DNA of 64,000 nt, from assembly GCF_009914755.1 (NCBI RefSeq), contig NC_060948.1; one strand, written 5' to 3'. The notes beneath the pieces are model-generated. The model searched no databases and was not told where the DNA came from. It was given only the letters and a program-made list of their open reading frames with translations. The stretch is from the human T2T-CHM13v2.0 reference genome, Homo sapiens. Made by a program: the position numbers and the translations under genes. How positions within the stretch are numbered: the stretch's first letter is position 1; every line of letters begins with the position of its first letter. Positions 59,955-64,000 of this stretch are shown piece by piece.

Positions 59955-62059
59955 AGATCCATATTTTTTAAATGAAAAAAAATTTCAAAGGTACTCTGCT
60001 TGGTACAATAATCAAATGTATAAACTGAGGAATAAAACATAACCATGAAACCTACTTATAACTGCATATGGAAAATACAGAGGATAATTTTTTAAATAAC
60101 ATATTTTGAAAGCCTTAACTAGTAATTTGAAGAGTTGGCATTTGAAAGGCCAGTATGAATATACCTTCAAAGCAGCAACACAGGTTCCCCATGAGAAAAA
60201 GCAAACACAGGGAAAATAAAAACACAAAGGTTCAATCTCTTCTGACCTTTGAAAGACACAGCACAGACAGTGGTCCTTAGGACGAAGAGCAGGAGACCCC
60301 TAATTCCGTCACCATGGCGATAGGGCATAAACATTGCTGGGTGAGGGCACAATCCACATTGTGAGGTCCAACTGCTGCCAGGAAGACAGGAGTGCTTTTA
60401 CATAGACCGAAAGGTCATTGAAGGCTCAGAGTTTTGTTTCAAGAACTGAATCCCAAGCCCACACGTTATTAGGCTGCGCTTCTTAAAACAAGTTATGAGA
60501 TGGGAAAAAGGGCACCCACAAACATACGTATACATTATGTATATAATAATATACAGTATCATATATATAATATATATAACCTATGTATAATATTGTTTTA
60601 CATCCTGCATCCTATGTTATATATATTGTATAAAATATAATAATTGATAATATATAAGTTTTATAATTATACAATATGACATATAGTATATATTATAATT
60701 TATGACATATATAATATATGTTATATATCATATATAGAATATATTATATGGTTAATATACGTATTAAATATAAATTATACATTATATATATTATATATAA
60801 TATATCTGTTATATATAATACCCATTATGCATAATATATATATTATGTCTATGTTATATATAGTATAAAACAACATATAATAATATATAATTGTATATAT
60901 AAAATGCGACATATAATATATATTATATTTTATGATATATGTAATATATATTATATATTATATATAATACGTTGTACGTATAATAACTATATTAAATATA
61001 TATTATATGACTATGTTATTAATTACATGTCACATGTGTTATATATTATATATTTTACATAGAATATACCGGTTACATACAATATATACTATGTTACCTA
61101 TAATGTATAATTGATTACATGTAAAATAAAGAATGCAATATATTATGAATAATTTATAATATACAATATGTGGAATGTGATATATATAACATATAATATA
61201 TGATATATGATATACAGTATATGATATATAACATACAATATATGATACCTAACATATATGGTATACAATATATATTTTATGATATGTATTCTATATGTTT
61301 TATATTCTGTTGTATATAACTATTTGAAATTATATATAACTGTATAATATTTTATGTAAATATGTAATATAATATATATAACTATATAATATATTATATA
61401 TAACTATATATTATGTTATATATACTTTTATAACATAATTTACATAAAATATCATAATATAATATATATTATATTATTTCATATTACATAATATATCTTA
61501 CATATCACCCAATATAGGTAACATACATAATATTATAATATAGATTATATTATGTTATATTAAATATCATATATATCATGTATCATATATTCTATAATAT
61601 ATATTATACATTATATAATATGTATGTTGTCTATAATGTGATATATATAACTATATATATAATTATATTATTATACATATAACTAGATAAACATGTAATT
61701 CTACATATTTTCATTTATAATATATAGAATTATATAATCATATATAATTATTTATATTCTATAAAATATTATATCATTATATAAATTATAATATATAAAA
61801 ATTATAATATGTACTACAAATATATATATTATATATCATATATGATATAGTACCTTTGTTATATATCATAATACATATAAATGTGTATTATGTTATCTAT
61901 AATTATATAATTTCATATATAAGATGTATAATATGTATCATATATTATATATGTTATGTAATATATATAGTATACATAAGATGACACAGGATAAATATTA
62001 TATACTATGACATATAAAATATATGAGGTTATATGTTACATATAAGGCATAGCACATAA

Positions 62060-62374
<315 letters not shown>

Positions 62375-64000
62375 AGATCCATATTTTTTAAATGAAAAAA
62401 AATTTCAAAGGTACTCTGCTTGGTACAATAATCAAATGTATAAACTGAGGAATAAAACATAACCATGAAACCTACTTATAACTGCATATGGAAAATACAG
62501 AGGATAATTTTTTAAATACCATATTTTGAAAGCCTTAACTAGTAATTTGAAGAGTTGGCATTTGAAAGGCCAGTATGAATATTCCTTCAGAGCAGCAACA
62601 CAGGTTCCCCATGAGAAAAAGCAAACTCAGGGAAAATGAAACCACAAAGGTTCAATCTCTTCTGACCTTTGAAAGACACAGCACAGACAGTGGTCCTTAG
62701 GACGAAGAGCAGGAGACCCCTAATTCCGTCACCATGGCGATAGGGCATAAACATTGCTGGGTGAGGGCACAATCCACATTGTGAGGTCCAACTGCTGCCA
62801 GGAAGACAGGAGTGCTTTTACATAGACCGAAAGGTCATTGAAGGCTCAGAGTTTTCTTTCAAGAACTGAATCCCAAGCCCACACGTTATTAGGCTGCGCT
62901 TCTTAAAACAAGTTATGAGATGGGAAAAAGGGCACCCACAAACATACGTATACATTATGTATATAATAATATACAGTATCATATATATAATATATATAAC
63001 CTGTATATAATATTGTTTTACATCCTGCATCTTATATTATATATATTGTGTAAAATATAATAATTGATAATATATAAGTTTTATATTTATACAATATGAC
63101 ATATAGTATATATTATAATTTATGACATATATAATATATGTTATATATAATATATAGAATATATTATACGGTTAATATACGTATTAAATATAAATTATAC
63201 ATTATATATATTATATATAATATATCTGTTATATATAATACCCATTATACATAATATATATATTATGTCTATGTTTTATATAGTATAAACCAACATATAA
63301 TAATATATAATTGTATATATAAAATGTGACATATAATATATATTATATTTTATGACATATGTAACATGTATTATATATTATATATATTACGTTGTATGTA
63401 TAATACCTATATTAAATATATATTATATGACGATGTTATTAATTACATGTCACATATGTTATATATTATATATTTTACATGGAATATACCGGTTACATAT
63501 AATATATACTATGTTACCTATAATGTATAATTTATTACATGTAATATAATGAATGTCATATATTATATATAATTTATAATATACAATATGTGGAATGTGA
63601 TATATATAACATATATGATATATGATATAAAGTATATCATATATAACATACAATATATGATACGTAATATATATGGTATACAATATATATTTTATGATAT
63701 GTATTCTATATGTTTTATATTCTGTTATATATAACTATTTGAAATTATATATAACTGTATAATATTTTATGTAAATATGTAATATAATATATATAACTAT
63801 ATAATATATTATATATAACTATATTTTATGTTATATATACTTTTATAACATAATTTACATAAAATATAATAATATAAAATATATTATATTATTTCATATT
63901 ACATAATATATATTCAATATCACCCAATATAAGTAACATACATACTATTAAAATATAGATTATATTATGTTATATTAAATATCATATATATCATGTATCA

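Noticed and set aside
62818-63683. Three ORFs unique to the last partial unit (70, 65, 74 aa)
   Set aside because: Mostly Ile/Tyr-rich translations of TA low-complexity DNA, opened by chance loss of stop codons in the divergent unit.

Overview
The whole 64 kb window is one head-to-tail satellite array: 26 complete units of 2412-2422 bp plus a partial 27th. Each unit has three parts: a ~1.56 kb extremely AT-rich tract, a ~290 bp minus-strand Alu lacking about 12 nt at its 5' end and carrying an internal 16-bp duplication, and a ~570 bp more GC-balanced HSATI-type segment. This matches human DYZ2/HSat1B, the repeat typical of Yq12 heterochromatin. The predicted major HaeIII fragment (2141 bp) fits the classic ~2.1 kb male-specific band. 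I found no credible protein-coding or RNA genes; all ORFs are repeat artefacts, and I do not claim a novel gene system. The notable signal is in the unit-to-unit variants, compared by eye: a hidden higher-order duplication (units 3-15 vs 16-25), nested monomer and dimer duplications, mosaic units, and divergent units at the right end, one of which keeps ancestral Alu bases. Unit starts (at GCTCAGAGTTTT): 1, 2423, 4838, 7253, 9668, 12083, 14498, 16918, 19330, 21748, 24163, 26578, 29000, 31420, 33835, 36255, 38670, 41085, 43500, 45915, 48333, 50747, 53169, 55589, 58004, 60424, 62844.
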